Positions 22,650-36,194 of a stretch of DNA of 63,104 nt are shown piece after piece; positions within the stretch are counted from its first letter, which is position 1; every line of letters begins with the position of its first letter. A program made the translations under genes and the position numbers. Under the pieces are notes generated by a model. The model was not told where the DNA came from. It was given only the letters and a program-made list of their open reading frames with translations, and did not search any database. This DNA comes from Chiloscyllium plagiosum (lineage: Eukaryota), in contig NC_057752.1 of assembly GCF_004010195.1 (NCBI RefSeq), positions 11,469,669 through 11,532,772 of the forward strand, written 5' to 3'.

Positions 22650-25600
22650 ACACAGAATATAGATCATAGAACAAAACAGCACAGATGAGGCCCATTAGCC
22701 CTCGATGTTGTGCCGACAAGATCAAACTAACCTATCTACCCTTCATTTTACTATCATCCATGTGCCTATCCAAGAGTTGCTTAAATGTCCCTCATGTCTC
22801 TGACTCCATTACCACTGCTGGCAGTGAATTCCACACACCCACCACTCTCTGTGTAAAGAACTGACCTCTGACATCTCCCCTATACCTTCCTCCAATCACC
22901 TTAAAACTATGCCCCCTTGTGACAGCCATTTCTGCTCTGGGAAAATGTCTCTGGCCATCCACTCTATCTATGTCTCCCATCATCTTGTACACCTCTATCC
23001 AGTCGCCTCTCATCCTTCTTCACTCCAATGAGAAAAGCCCTAGCTCCCTGAACCTTTCTTCATAAGACATGCCCTCCAGTCCAGGCAGTATCCTGGAAAA
23101 TCTCCTCTGCACCCTCTCTAAAGCTTCCACATCCTTCCTATAATGAGGTGACTAGAACTGAACTCAAGTGATCTAACCAGGGCTTTATAGAGCTGCAGCA
23201 TAACCTTGCAGCTCTTAAACTCAATCCCCCTGCTAATGAAAGCCAACACACTATATGCCTTCTTAACAACCCCATCAACTTGGGTGGCAACTTTGAGGGA
23301 TCTATAGAGATGGAACGCCAAGATCCCTCTGTTCCTCTGCACTGCCAAGAATCCTGTCTTTAACCCTGTAATTTGCGTTCAAATTCAACCTTTCAAAATT
23401 AATCACTTCACACTTTTCCAGGTTGAACTCCATCTGCCACTTGTCAGCTCAGTTTTGTACCCTGCCAATGTCTTGTTGCAACCTACAACAGCCCTCCACA
23501 TTATCTACAACTCTATAAACTTTCAGCAAACTTACTAACCCACTGTTCCACTTCCTCATCCAAGTCATTTATAAAAATCACAAACAGCAGAGGTGCTAGA
23601 ACTGATCCCTGCAGAACACCACTGGTCACCGGCAGAGGTGCTAGAACTGATCCCTGCAGAACACCACTGGTCACCGAGCTCCAGGTGGGATACTTTCCAT
23701 CTACCACCACCCTCTGTCTTCTATGGGCCAGCCAATTCTGTATCCAGACAGCCACATTTCCCTGTATCCCATGCCTCCTTACTTTCTGAATGAGCCTACC
23801 ATGGGGAACCTTATCAAACACCTTGTTGAAATCCATATACACCACATTCACTGCTTTATCTTCATCAATGTGTTTTGTCATGTCCTCAAACAATTCAATA
23901 AGGCTTGTGAGGCATGATCTGCCCCTCAAAAAGCCATGCTGACTATCTCTAATCACATTATGTTTTTCCAAATAATCATAAATCCTGTCTCTCAGAATCC
24001 TCTCCAATAATTTGTCCACCACTGATGTAAGACTGATTGGTCTGTAATTCCCGGTGTTATCCCTATTCCCTTTCTTGAATAAGGAAATAACATTTGCCAC
24101 CCTCCAATCATCAGGTGCAACTCCAGTGGACAGTGAGGATGCAAAGATCATCGCCAAAGGCACAACAATCTCTTCCCTCACTTCCAGTATGACCATTGGG
24201 TATATTCCGTCTGGCCCGGGGGATTTATCTATCCTCATGTTTTCCAAAATTTCCAGCACATCCTCCTTCTTAATATCAATCCGTTCGAGCCGATCAGCCT
24301 GTTTCACGCTGCCCTCACAAACGTCAAGGTCCGTCTCAATAATGAACACTGAAGCACAGTATTCATTAATGACCTCCCCTACCTCCTCCAACTCCAGGCA
24401 CAAGTTCCCTCCACTACACCTGATTGACCCTACCCTCACTCTGGCCGTCCTCTTGTTCCTCACGTAAGTGTAGAACGTCTTGGGGTTTTCCATAATCCTA
24501 GCCGCCAAGGCTTTTTTATTCTTCCCTCTAGCTCTCCTAAGTCCATTCTTCAGTTCCTCCCTGGCTATCTTCTAACCCTCTAGAGCCCTGTCTGATCCTT
24601 GCTTCCTCAGCCTTAAGTAAAGTTTCCTTTTCCCTCTTGACTAGATGTTCCACATCCCTTGTCATCCAAGGTTCCTTTACCCTACCATCCCTTCTTGCCT
24701 CAGTGGGACAAACCTATCCAGCACTGGCATCAAATGCTCCACATTTCTAATGTATGTTTTCCCAAGAATATCTGTTCTCAATTTATGCTCCACAGTTCCT
24801 GCATTATAGCATTGTAAGTCCCGCTCCCCTAATTAAATACTTTCCCATATGTCTGCTCCTGTCCCTCTCCATGACTATAGTAAGGGTCAGGGAGTTGTGA
24901 TCACTATCACCAAAATGCTTTTCCACTGAGAGATCTGACACCTGGCCTGGTTCGTTGCCAAGCACCAAATCCAATATGGCCTCCCCTCTAGTCGGCCTAC
25001 TCACATATTGAGTCAGGAATCCATCCTGGACACACCTGACAAAGTCTGCTCCATCCAAACTATTTGTACGAAGGAGGTTCCAATCAATATTAGGGAAGTT
25101 GAAGTCACCGATGACAACAACCCTGTTACTTCGCATGTCCAAACTCTGCCTCCCAATCTGCTCCTCTGTGTCTCTGCTGCTATTGGCAGATCTATGGAAA
25201 ACCCCCAATAAAGTGACGGCTTCTTTCCTGTTTCTGACTTCCATCCATAGTGACTCTGTAGACAAACTCTCCTCGACAACCTCCCTTTCTGCAGCTGTGA
25301 TACTATCCCTGATTAGCAATGCCACTCCTCCACCTCTTTTATCTCCCTCCCTTTTCCTTTTGAAACATCTAAACCCCGGAACATCCAACAACCATTCCTG
25401 CCCCTGTGATATCCAAGTCTCCCTAATGGTCACAACATCATAGCTCCAATTACTGATCCATACTCCCAGTTCATCACCCGCATTCCTGACACCTCTTGCG
25501 TTAAAATGGACACACTTCAACCCAATACATTGACTGCAACGTTGCCCTATCAACTGTCTATCCTTCCTCACAGTCTCTCTGCACGCTGCATCTGCCTGTT

Positions 25601-26800
25601 CACCAGCTGCCCCATTCTCTGATCTGTAGCTCTAGTTCCCAACCCCTGCCAAACTAGTTTAAACCTTCCCGAAGAGGCCTAGCCAACCTCCCACCCAGGA
25701 TATTGGTATCCCTCCAGTTCAGGTGCAACCTGTCCTCCTTGTACAGGTCCCACCTTCCCCAGAAGGTATCCTAATGATCCACATATCTGAAGCCCTCCCT
25801 CCTACACCAGCCCTGCATCCATGTGTTCAGTTGCACTTGCTCTCAATTCCTATCCTCACCAGCATGTACTAAGGTTACTACTCTGCTTGTCCTGCCTTTT
25901 AGCTTCCAACCTAACTCCCTATATCCACTTTTCAGATCCTCAACCCTTTCCTACCTATGTACCACAACTGCTGGCTGCTCTCCCTCTCCCTTAAGAATTC
26001 TGTAGACTCGATCTGAGACATCTCTGACCCTGGCACCCGGGAGGCAAAACACCATCCGGGAGTCTCGTTTGCGACCACAGGATCTCTTATCAGTTCCTCT
26101 CACCAGTGAATCTCCTATTCTTATCGCTGTCCTATTCTCTCCCTTCCCTTTTGAGCCATAGATCCAGGCTCAGTGCCAGACACCTGTCCGCTGTGGATTT
26201 CCCTGTAGCAGTATCCAAAACTGTATACTCATCATTGAGGGGAACGGCCACAGGGGATCCCTGCACTGACTGCCTATTCCCTCTCCCTCTCCTGACAGTC
26301 ACCCAGCTCCCTTTATCCTGTAACCTAGGTTTGACTATCTCCTCATAACTCCTCTCTATCATCCCCTCAGCCGCCTGAATGATCCGAAGTTCATCCAGCT
26401 CCAGTTCCCTAACACGGTCAGTGAGGAGCTGGAGTTGGACAATGAAGTCAGCAGGGACACTCGTGGTGACCCCTTTCCTCCCACATCCTGCAAGAGGAAA
26501 ATGCAGCTCCCCTAGCTTCCATCCCCAATGAGATAAAAAGATTTAAAAAAAGAACCTTAATTGACCTCACCTTACCAAACCTCTACACAGAGTCTTTTTG
26601 TTTTGCTTTGAGGAGGAGGACAGGTGAGAGACACAACATGCATGGTGTTTCGGGTTTAGCCACTACCCGAATCTATTATCACCCAGCAGTCCCCGTGTCC
26701 ACTTCTGCTCCGCCAATTCACGAGGGAAGTATTTAATATTCAAATTTACCTTCCCAGCAGCCCCTTGGCTCGTGCTGTCTTGACTCCCGGTGCTGAAATG
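22650..26800 (-). mobile_element. Near full-length CR1 LINE (ORF1 with SGNH esterase domain; ORF2 APE endonuclease plus RT), decayed
   Basis: ORF1 segment reads CLPGARVRDVSDRVYRILKGEGEQPAVVVH (about 25960-26050). Endonuclease 24804-25571 (GDFN, SDH); RT 23513-24508 (NYRPISLTS, QGSVL); CR1 3' tail near 22650. Confidence 0.92.
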
Positions 26801-27445
26801 GGAACCTAGAATTGGACAGTACAGTTTCAAGTTCTTCAGCCCATTGGGCTTACCCTAGCTCTTTTGAACAGCGATCCCATAAGTCCCACTGTCGCACTTT
26901 CCCCCATGATCCTGCATTTTTATTTATCTTTGAACAATGCATCCAATTCCCTTCAAGGGCAGTTAATTTATTGAATCTATTGACCTTTTGAATCGATCGA
27001 AACCTTTCCTAATGTTTGAGCAGCTCTTTTCTTAACTTTTGTTGCTCTAAGGAGAACAACACCAGCTTCTCTGTGTGACTATTCGAATCATTCCTGGAAA
27101 GATTCCAATAAATCTTTTCTGTCAATTCAACAACACCTTCCTGTTTAACCAGAAAGTGCAGAATTCCTCCAGCTGGGCCGGGCTTAATGTTTGAGAGAAG
27201 ATTTGGGTCACTTCATGGTTTTTGTCCTCAAGACATCAGTTTCCAAAGCTTTATCACCCTATTTGGCAACTATTCGCCGAACCCCCTGATGGTTCACTTG
27301 GACATGAACCCATGAGTTGGGAAGGTACACTGACTGGTCAGGAGGGATTGTAGTCCACAGTGAAGATGAAAATCCATCACTCTATTGGAATTGATGACTT
27401 TGGAGGGGGTTTGTTAATAATGGCGATATTCCCCAGATATGAACG

Positions 27446-28006
27446 CATGAGGGGCATGGATAGGGTAAATAGGGTCTTTTCCCTGGGATGGGGGACTCCA
27501 AATCTAGAGGGCATGATTTTAGGGTGAGAAGGGAAAGATTTAAAAGGGACGTAAGGGGCAACGTTTTCAAGCAGAGGGTGTATGGAATGAGCTGCCAGAG
27601 GAAGTGGTGGAGGCTGGTACAATTACAACATTTAAAAGGCATGATTTGGAGATGCCGGTGTTGGACTGGGGTGTACAAAGTTACAAATCACACAACACCA
27701 GGTTATAGTCCAACAGGTTTAATTGGAAGCACACTAGCTTTCGGAGTGATGCTCCTTAATCACCTGATGAAGGAGCGTCGCTCCGAAAGCTAGTGTGCTT
27801 CCAATTAAACCTGTTGGACTATAACCTGGTGTTGTGTGATTTTTAACATTTAAAAGGCACCTGGATAGGTATATGAATAGGAAGGGTTTAGAGGGATATG
27901 TTACCAAGTGCTGGCAAATGGGACTAGATTAAGTTAGGATATCTGGTAGGCATGAACAAGTTGGACAGAAGGGTCTGTTTCTGTGCTGTACATCTCTATA
28001 ACTCTG
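27446..28006 (+). mobile_element. CR1 3' fragment carrying a palindromic insertion
   Basis: CR1 tail sequence interrupted at 27642-27844. Confidence 0.85.
27642..27844. mobile_element. Palindromic Penelope-derived (MITE-like) insertion with a hammerhead core
   Basis: About 83-bp inverted arms (27680-27762 and 27765-27847); CTGATGA-AGGAGC-GTC-GCTCC-GAAA at 27764-27788; flanking 15-bp direct repeat AACATTTAAAAGGCA. Confidence 0.8.
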
Positions 28007-29084
28007 TGAGTGGATGTAGGATTTAAATTTTATTCCCAGTCCACCTCAGTCACTGCAGACTGAAGAACGGGTTGTGAACTCTGCACTGAGAAGAACTACT
28101 GGTAAAGTAAAGCTCGCTCCGTGTCTGGGTCACTTATATAACTCCATCTTTGGCTGATGGGAAGGGAGAATGCCAGGTAGCTCAGTTGGCTGGACAGCTG
28201 GTTTGCAATGTGGAGTAATGCCAACTGGACAGGTTTAGTACCTGCACTGGCTGAGATGATCACAAAGCATTCCTCGTCTCAACGTCTCCCCTCGCCTGAA
28301 GCTGCCGGTTGGCTCTCTGAGGAGAGAGTGGCCCTCGGGTACATCAGGGTGACTTGACCTTCAATGCTGTTATGAAGATGTGGGTGTACTGTACCTTTAA
28401 GAGAGTTAAAATTTAACAGTGACAGCACCAAGTGTTCTCAATATGATATGATGTAAACATGTGCTCCAGCGACTGGGGTAGCTAGAGTAGCTTGTTGTCT
28501 GGAGACAAAAAAAAACAGATTTGGATTAGACCAATCCATTTAGATATACCCCAAAACAAATACCAAATTCCAATCAGGTTTGAATTGAGTATATTGACAA
28601 TCTTAAAAGCCAATGACATAATCCAATGCTTTGGGGTATAAGACAGGAGAACATTGAACAGTTGAGAGGAGAACTGCCAAGCCAACGACATCTGCACACT
28701 GCCCAGAAAAATAGCTCTCTTAAAGGTACCTTTTTCAAACAGTAACCTGTGAAGCAGAATCCCCAAGAAGAAAAGAAGACAAGAATACAAAGAAAACTGA
28801 AAACGGCCTGGTTTTGAGATAAGAAGTTTTATTTTGTAAATCTTAATCAGGGGTTTTCTCAAACTAGTATTGTAGAAGGGGGAAGGAAAAAGATAGGTTA
28901 GAGGAAGGAGTTGTAAATAGTTGTTCGTTAATTATTCTCTGTTATACTTTAAGAAATAAAGTTGTTAATTTTTACTTTAAATCGTTCTTGGCCTTTCAAA
29001 TTTTCAGATTACTGAACAGGATAAATCTTTTCTGTGTTGCTGTTTTAAATTAAGCAGGAGTGTTTACCCCGTGTCGTGACAGTT

Positions 29085-29110
29085 TGAGGGCTCATCGTTG
29101 GCATTTGAAC
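29085..29110 (+). promoter_or_regulatory. Primer-binding site complementary to the tRNA-Pro 3' end (degenerate)
   Basis: TGAGGGCTCATCGTTGGCATTTGAAC versus the tRNA-Pro complement TGGGGGCTCGTCCGGGATTTGAAC, directly after the 5' LTR. Confidence 0.7.
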
Positions 29111-32100
29111 TGGTTTAGACAGATTTGAATAGATTTAGAGGGATGAACAATCCCAGCAGATTTAAACACTGATAGGCTAGTGTCCTAGATCATTAAATAA
29201 AACATAGTTGAGACAATTTGTTTAATTTCAGTGACTTGTGGTTGATTAAATTAAAAGTGAGAGAATGGGCTCTTAAAATTGCTAAAGAGGCTCTGGGATT
29301 TGAAGATGATTTTCAGATTTGCCAAGAAAGTTTAGAAGGAAAGAAAAAGGCCATGCTTTTAGAATTAGCAAATAAGTTTGATTTGGGTTCAACCAAAGAC
29401 AAACATAACGCTGGAATTGTAAGGGAGTTACTCAAGCACTTCGATGTATCAGCGAAACAGACAAGTGCAGTTAGGTAGAAAAGCTTCAGTTACAATTGAA
29501 GAAAATGGAGTTAGAAGATAAACAGAGGGAGAGAGAAAGAGAAAGAGAGAGAGAAGGAAGAGAGGAAAGAGAGAGAGAAAGAGAGAGAGAGAGATGGTTC
29601 TTAGCTGAGCAAAGAGAGAGAGAAGAAAGGGAGAGACAAAAAAAGAGAATTTGAACTTGAGATGTTGCGACTTAGTCAGCAAAGTCAAGTTAACAGGATG
29701 GAGATTAAAAGAGAAGGTAATGATATCTACAAATATGTCAAAACTCTGCCACATTTTGATGAGAAAGATATTGAAGCTTTCTTTATTTCCTTTGAAAAAT
29801 TGGCTAGGTAGATGGAGTGGTCCAAGGATTTATGGGTAATGCTAGTTCAGACTAAACTGGTAGATAGAGCTAGTGAGGTATTTGCTGCACTGTCAGATGA
29901 GGGTTCAAGAGATTATGAAGAGGTTAAACAGGCTATTTTAAGTGGTAATGAATAGGTACCAGAAGCATATAGACAGCAGTTCAGAAACACAAAGAAGGAA
30001 CCAGGTCAGACCTATGTTGAGTTTGAAAGAATTAAAAATTCATTTTGATCAATGGGTGCGTGCTTTGAAAATAGAAAAGACCTTTGAGGCTCGAAGAGAG
30101 ATTATTCTGCTGGAGGAGTTTAAAAACTCACTTCCAGAGATGGTAAGAATTCACATGGAGGAGCAGAAGGTTCAGGAAGTGAGAAGGGCAGCAGAATTAG
30201 CAGATGAGTACACGTTGGTACATAAGACAAGCTTCCTGCCAGAATTTCGTCCAGTGAGGGATAGAAGTTGGGGGAAGGTGAGAGCCTATACTACAAAACC
30301 AAGAATAGAGAGCACTGGTAAGAATTTACCACAGCATGGAAAAGAAACCCAAGAGGGTGGAAAGGAGGCAAAAGGTCTCAGGTGCTTCCACTGTGGTAAA
30401 GTGGGACACGTAAAGTCATAGTGCTGGTCGTTAAAGAAAGGCACTGTGGGAAAAGATGTGGTAAAAGAAGCTAAGCCAATGGAATTAGTGAAGGTAGTAA
30501 AGGAGGTCCCAAGAAGAGCCGAGGAGCTGCAGGAGAGTGCACAGTCTAGGCAAGGGCTGAATAAGGAGTTAGGACCTGATCTCCACGAACAATTCGTCTC
30601 TGTGGGTAAAGTTTACTTAGAAAGACCATGGGGAGAAGGATAAGAGGTTATAATTTTGAGAGGTCCAGGATCCAACCAGTCAATGATAGTAAGGGATGAA
30701 CAAATATGCACTCTTTCTAATCTGTTACCCGAGAGTGTGGTCATTTGTGGGATAGATAGACAGAAATCTTGCGTTCATCTATGTAAGGTCGGGTTGGAGT
30801 GCCAACTCAAAACAGGGGGGATTACAGTGATTGACACAGTGTCAGTTCCAGGAATTCAGTTTGTTCCTGGGAATGATTTGGCAGGATCCAAGGTGGGAGT
30901 GACACCCCTTGTGATGGAGAAGCCCAAGGAAGACCAAGAAACTGAGGAGTTAAAAAAGAAATATCCTGATATTTTCCAAGACTGCGTGGTAACCAGATCC
31001 CACTATCAAAAGTGACAGCACAAAGCGAAAAGTAAGGAGAAAGCTGAAGGAGTTGAGGTTCAGTTAGCGGATACCCTGTTTGAAGTAATGGTCCAGGAAA
31101 AACCTGAACAGGCAGAGGGTCAGACAGAAGTGTTTACTCCTGAAAGACTAAGAGACTTACAACAGCAAGACAAGACAATAAAAGATATATATGTGGATGG
31201 GTACTCTGAAAAGGAGGCAGAGAATATTCCGGAAGATTATTATCTGAAACATAGAATCCTAAGACAGAAATGGAGACCACCGCAGGTTAGTGCAGAGGAG
31301 AAATGGGCCAAAGTGCACCGGACTGTTTTACCGATAGCATACAGACAGGAAGTGTTATGGGTAGCACATGAACTACCTGTAGGAGGTCACCAAGTGGCAC
31401 GAAAGGCTCAGGCTAAGGTACAAAAATATTTTCATTGGCCTGGCATGCACAAGGATGTGGTTAACTTTTGCCAAACGTGTCATACGTGCCAAATGGTAAG
31501 TAAGCCACAGGCGGTAATAAAACCAGCACCTTTGTTGCAACTTCCCGCATTTGAAGAACCTCTCATGGGGGTTATAATTGATTGTGTAGGTCCCCTCCCA
31601 AGAACTAAAAGTGGGAACCAGTACTTGTTCGCCATAATGGATGTGTCCATCAGATTTCCGGAGGCAATTCCATTATGGGGTTTCAAGGCAAACAGGGTAG
31701 TAGAGGGGTTAATGGCTTTCTTCACATGGCATGGGCTACCCTGAGAGATTCAATCAGACCAAGGGTCACATTTTACTGCTAGGCTGTTTAAGGAAGTTAT
31801 GGACAGCTTAGGTATACAGCACATTAAATCCAGTGCGTATCATCCTGAATCCCAGGGAGCATTAGAAAGGTGACATCAGACCTTGAAGACCATGTTGAGA
31901 ACATACTGTCAGGATTATCCGAATGATTGGGATAAAGGTATCCCATTCGTATCTCTTGCCATTAGAGATGCCCCAAACCAATCACTCAGTTCACTCCCTT
32001 TGAGTTAATATTCGGTCATGAAGTGAGAGGCCCTTTGAAATTAATTAAAGAAAAATTGATAGACCAAAGTTGGAGATCTCACACTTAGATTATGTATCAG

Positions 32101-33790
32101 AGATGAGGGGGGAAATTAAATAGAGTTGGTGAGTTAGCTAAAAAGCACCTAAAGAGGGCGTGGTGTAGAATGAAGCAAGTGGCAGATAAAAACTCTGAGA
32201 TGTGGATGTTTTCCCGAGGGGATAACTTGTTAGTACTGTTACCAGTGATAGGAGATCCCTTCAAAGCCAGGTTTAGTGGTCCCTATCAAATTGAACTAGC
32301 TAGTAAAGATGCCAGGTTGGAAAAAACGATATCGAGTATATTGTGTGAACATATTGAAACCGTATTACACTAGAGAGAAAAACCAGAGAAACAGGTGTTA
32401 GTTACTGCCCCTCAGAGTGAGGTCTCAAATCCAGATGATGTGGATTTTGAGGGGCCTCAAAATAGATTTAAAAATGACGACGTCCTTGAGGAGTGGGATA
32501 GGTTAGTAAGCTATCTGTCCCGGGAGCATAGAACACAGTTGAAAGGTTTTTGTTACTACAGTACAAGGACATATATAAGAATCAGATGATGAGGACTAAT
32601 GCTATTGTACATGAAGTAGACGCAGGGAATACTGCTCCAATAAAACAACACCACTATCGGCTTAACCCTTTCACAGCCAGACAGGTCCAGATGAAGGTGG
32701 AGGCCATGCTCGACGAGAATATCATCAAACCAAGCCAGAGCGAGTGGAGTTCGCCGATTGTCTTAGTTCCCAAACCTGATGGGACTCAACGATTCTGTGT
32801 GGAATAGTGGAAAGTCAATGGCATTACAAAATCAGACTCATATCCAATTCCTAGATTGGAGGACTGTATCGAGAAAGTCGGACAAGCCAGTTACATCACC
32901 AAGTTGGACTTAATGTGTGGTTACTGGCAGGTACCTTTATCAGAGATGGTGAAAGACATTTCTGTGTTTGTAACCCCAAATGGTCTATATCAGTTTAAAG
33001 TGATGTCCTTTGGAATGAAGAATACACCCGCCACATTCCAAAGACTCATGAACTTAGTTGTGGCTGGGTTAACAAACTGCGCAGTCTATTTGGACAATGT
33101 AGTGTTCTTTAGTAAGTCCTGGAAAGATCATGTGGTTCAGTTGGCAGAGCTCTTTGAACGGCTAGGAGAAGCAAAACTGGTGATAAACTTAAATAAAACT
33201 GAATTCGCGAGAGCAGAGGTGACGTTCTTGGGACATAACATCTGTCATGGAAGGTTGACCCCACGGAATGCAAAACAAAGGTCATCTAGGAATTTCCATA
33301 ATCAACATTGAAGAAAGAGGTGCTTTGATTCTTCGGACTCAACGGATTCTATCGGAAATTGGCTCCAAACTTCAGCAGTGTAGTGGCACAATTAACAGAT
33401 TTGATGAAGAAGAACACAAAATTTCAGTGGGCAGAACCACACCAGGAGGCATTCGATCACTTGAGATCAGTATTAACACTAAACCAGTTTTGGCTACACC
33501 AAGTCTTTCAAAACCTTTTAAAGTCGCCATCAATGCTAGTGACATTGGAGTTGGAGCTGTACGTCCATAGGAAGATGAGGATGGGATTGAATTGCCAGTT
33601 GGTTACTTTTCGAAGAAGATCAAAATCCACCAGAGGAAATACAATCGAAAAGGAATTATTGAGTTTGGTACTGGCCTTACAACATTTTAATGTGTATGTC
33701 ACGAGCAATGTGATGGAGACGATGCTGTAAGGATCACAATCCTCTTACTTTCTTAGAATGCTTTAAAGACAAGACTATGAGACTATTTTG

Positions 33791-34101
33791 ATTAGATTAG
33801 ATTACTTACAGTGTGGAAACAGGCCCTTCGGCCCAACAAGTCCACACCGACCCTCTGAAGAGCAACCCACCCAGACCTATTCCTCTACATTTACCCCCTC
33901 ACCTAACACTACGGGCAATTTAGCATGGCCAATTTACCTAACCTGCATGTTTTTGGACTGTAGGAGGAAATGGAGCACCCAGAGGAAACCCACGCAGACC
34001 GGGGAGAATGTGCAAACTCCACACAGACAATTGCCTGAGACGGGAATTGAACCCAGGTCTCTGGCGCTGTGAGGCACCATTGCGCCACCGTGCCATCCAA
34101 A
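33791..34101 (-). mobile_element. HE1/V-SINE-type SINE inserted in the Gypsy RNase H
   Basis: ATTTTG duplicated at 33785-33790 and 34102-34107; removing the insert restores RLFCWSFLLQ. Confidence 0.9.
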
Positions 34102-35835
34102 ATTTTGTTGGAGTTTTTTGTTACAGACTTTTAATTTAAAAATCATACTTGTTGCGGGTCGTAAGAATGTAAGCACAGATGCGTTAACGTGGATTTAACT
34201 GGTAATGTTTAGATGAGATATAGGTATATGGGAAGAAATTATGGTGAACGTATATTAAAGCAATTTGTATGTTCGGGTAATTTGTTTTAAAAAAATAGAA
34301 AAAAGAAACCATCTTTTCATTATGATGGTTCATTTTTTCTTAAGGGGAAAGGTGTTATGAAGTGGTGGGTGTACTGTACCTTTAAGAGAGTTAAAAGCTT
34401 ACAGTGACAGCACCAAGTGTTCTCAATAAGATACAATGTAAACATGTGCTCCAGAGACTGGGGTAGTTAGGTTCGCCTGTTGCCTGGAGACAAAAAAAAT
34501 ATTTGAATTAAGCCAATCAATTTAGATACACCCCAAAACAAATAACAAATTCCAATCAAGTTTGAATTAAGTATATTGACAATCTTAAAAGCCAATGACA
34601 CAATCTGATGCTTTGGGGGAGGTGTAAGACAGGGGAAAATTGAACAGTTGAGAGGAGAATTGCTAAGCCAATGACATCTGCACACTGCCCAGAAAAAAAA
34701 GCTGTCTTAAAGGTACCTTTATCGATTAGTAACCTGTGAAGCAGAATCCCCAAAAAGAAGAAAAGAAGACAGGAATACAGAGAAAACTGAAAATTGCCTG
34801 GTTTAGAGATAAGAAGTTTTATTTTGTAAATCTTAATCAGGGGTTTTATCAAACTAGTATTGTAGAAGGGGAAGGTAAAAGATAGGCTAGAGGAAGGAAT
34901 TGTTTGTTAATTATTCTCTGTTATACTTTAAGAAACATAGTTGTCAATTTTTACTTTAAATAATTCTTGGCCTCTCAAAGTTTCACAGAGTACTGCATGG
35001 GATAAATCTTTTCTGTGTTGTTATTTTAAAATAAGCTAGAGTGTTTACCCCGTGCCGTGACAATGGGGAGTACCAGTGCATCACTTGGTGAAGTGTCTGA
35101 AGCTGTCATCTCATGTCTCACCATCATCTTTGCAAGTAAATGAATGCAGTGGGTGGCGATGGGAGGGAGTGGACCAAGCAGAGGCACAGTTTGCACATAG
35201 TGCTTGTCGCAGAGTCAATCAATGAAAGGTGAGTGAAAGAGCTTGATACCATGAAATGAGAAAGACGACAACAGTTTTGGACCCAACGAGTCCTCCAAAG
35301 AGGAGGCATACAAGACTCAAAGCTGTTTCTCACTCCTCTGAGGCCGCCAGACCCGCCAAGTTCTTCAAGCACGTTCTGTGCTTGTCGGGGCATTTGTTGC
35401 CCAGCTTGAGTTGCCCTTGAGAAGGTCATGCTTTCGCAAACTGCTGCCGTCCCTTCACTGTTAGTTGCACCTCCCAAACCTCCTGGTGGGGTGACAGGGA
35501 AAGAGGAAGGTGAGTCGGAGCAAGGTGCGCAGCCAGTCTCTCGCTCTCATGAAGTGTGAGAAGAGCAGGGCAGCGGTAGGGAACGGGAGCAGCAACCTGC
35601 CACTACTTTGCCAAGGTACCAATGTGCAGATGGGAAGCATGGACATTGCTGAGCAAGTTGGTAAATGGCAATTGGTGGCAGAACAGCGCCCTGGAGACCT
35701 GAGTGAAGAATCTGATCGATATCTATTAAGTTTCAAAGCCAGGGAGACATGGTGAACTTGGTCAGCTGGTCACGGGACAGTCTCTGTTCGTATTCCACTA
35801 AATAATTGGTGAAAGGGACTTGTTGCCTCCAGCTC

Positions 35836-36138
35836 TTAGATTACTTACAGTGTGAAAACAGGCCCTTCAGCCCAACAAGTCCACACCAGCCCTCTGTAAG
35901 AGCAGCCCACCCAGACCCATTCCCCAACACCTAACACTACGGGCAATTTAGCATGGCTAATTCACTTAACCTGCACATCTTTGGACTGTGGGAGGAAACA
36001 GAAGCAGCCGGAGGAAACCCACGCAGACATGGGGAGAATGTGCAAACTCCACACAAACAGTTGCCCGAGGTAGGGATTGAACCCAGGTCTCTGGCGCTGT
36101 GAGGTAACAGTGCTAACCACTGTGCCACCGTGCTGCCC
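35836..36138 (-). mobile_element. HE1/V-SINE-type SINE
   Basis: Same family sequence. Confidence 0.9.
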
Positions 36139-36194
36139 CTTGGAAATGTGTTACATCTCGGAGTTAAGCCTTTCCATTAATGGTTGCAGAAGCC

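Larger units (their letters stand above)
28368..35062 (+). mobile_element. Complete but decayed Gmr1-type Gypsy LTR retrotransposon (LTR-PBS-Gag-PR-INT-RT-RH-PPT-LTR)
   Basis: LTRs 28368-29081 and 34353-35062 (TGTTATG...GTGACA); flanks ATGC/ATGG (4-bp TSD, 1 mismatch); PBS 29085-29110; PPT AAGGGGAAAGG 34342-34352. Gag CCHC at 30385-30425, integrase H2C2 plus core at 31088-32000, RT at 32550-33300, RNase H at 33500-34130. Many stops and frameshifts. Confidence 0.95.
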
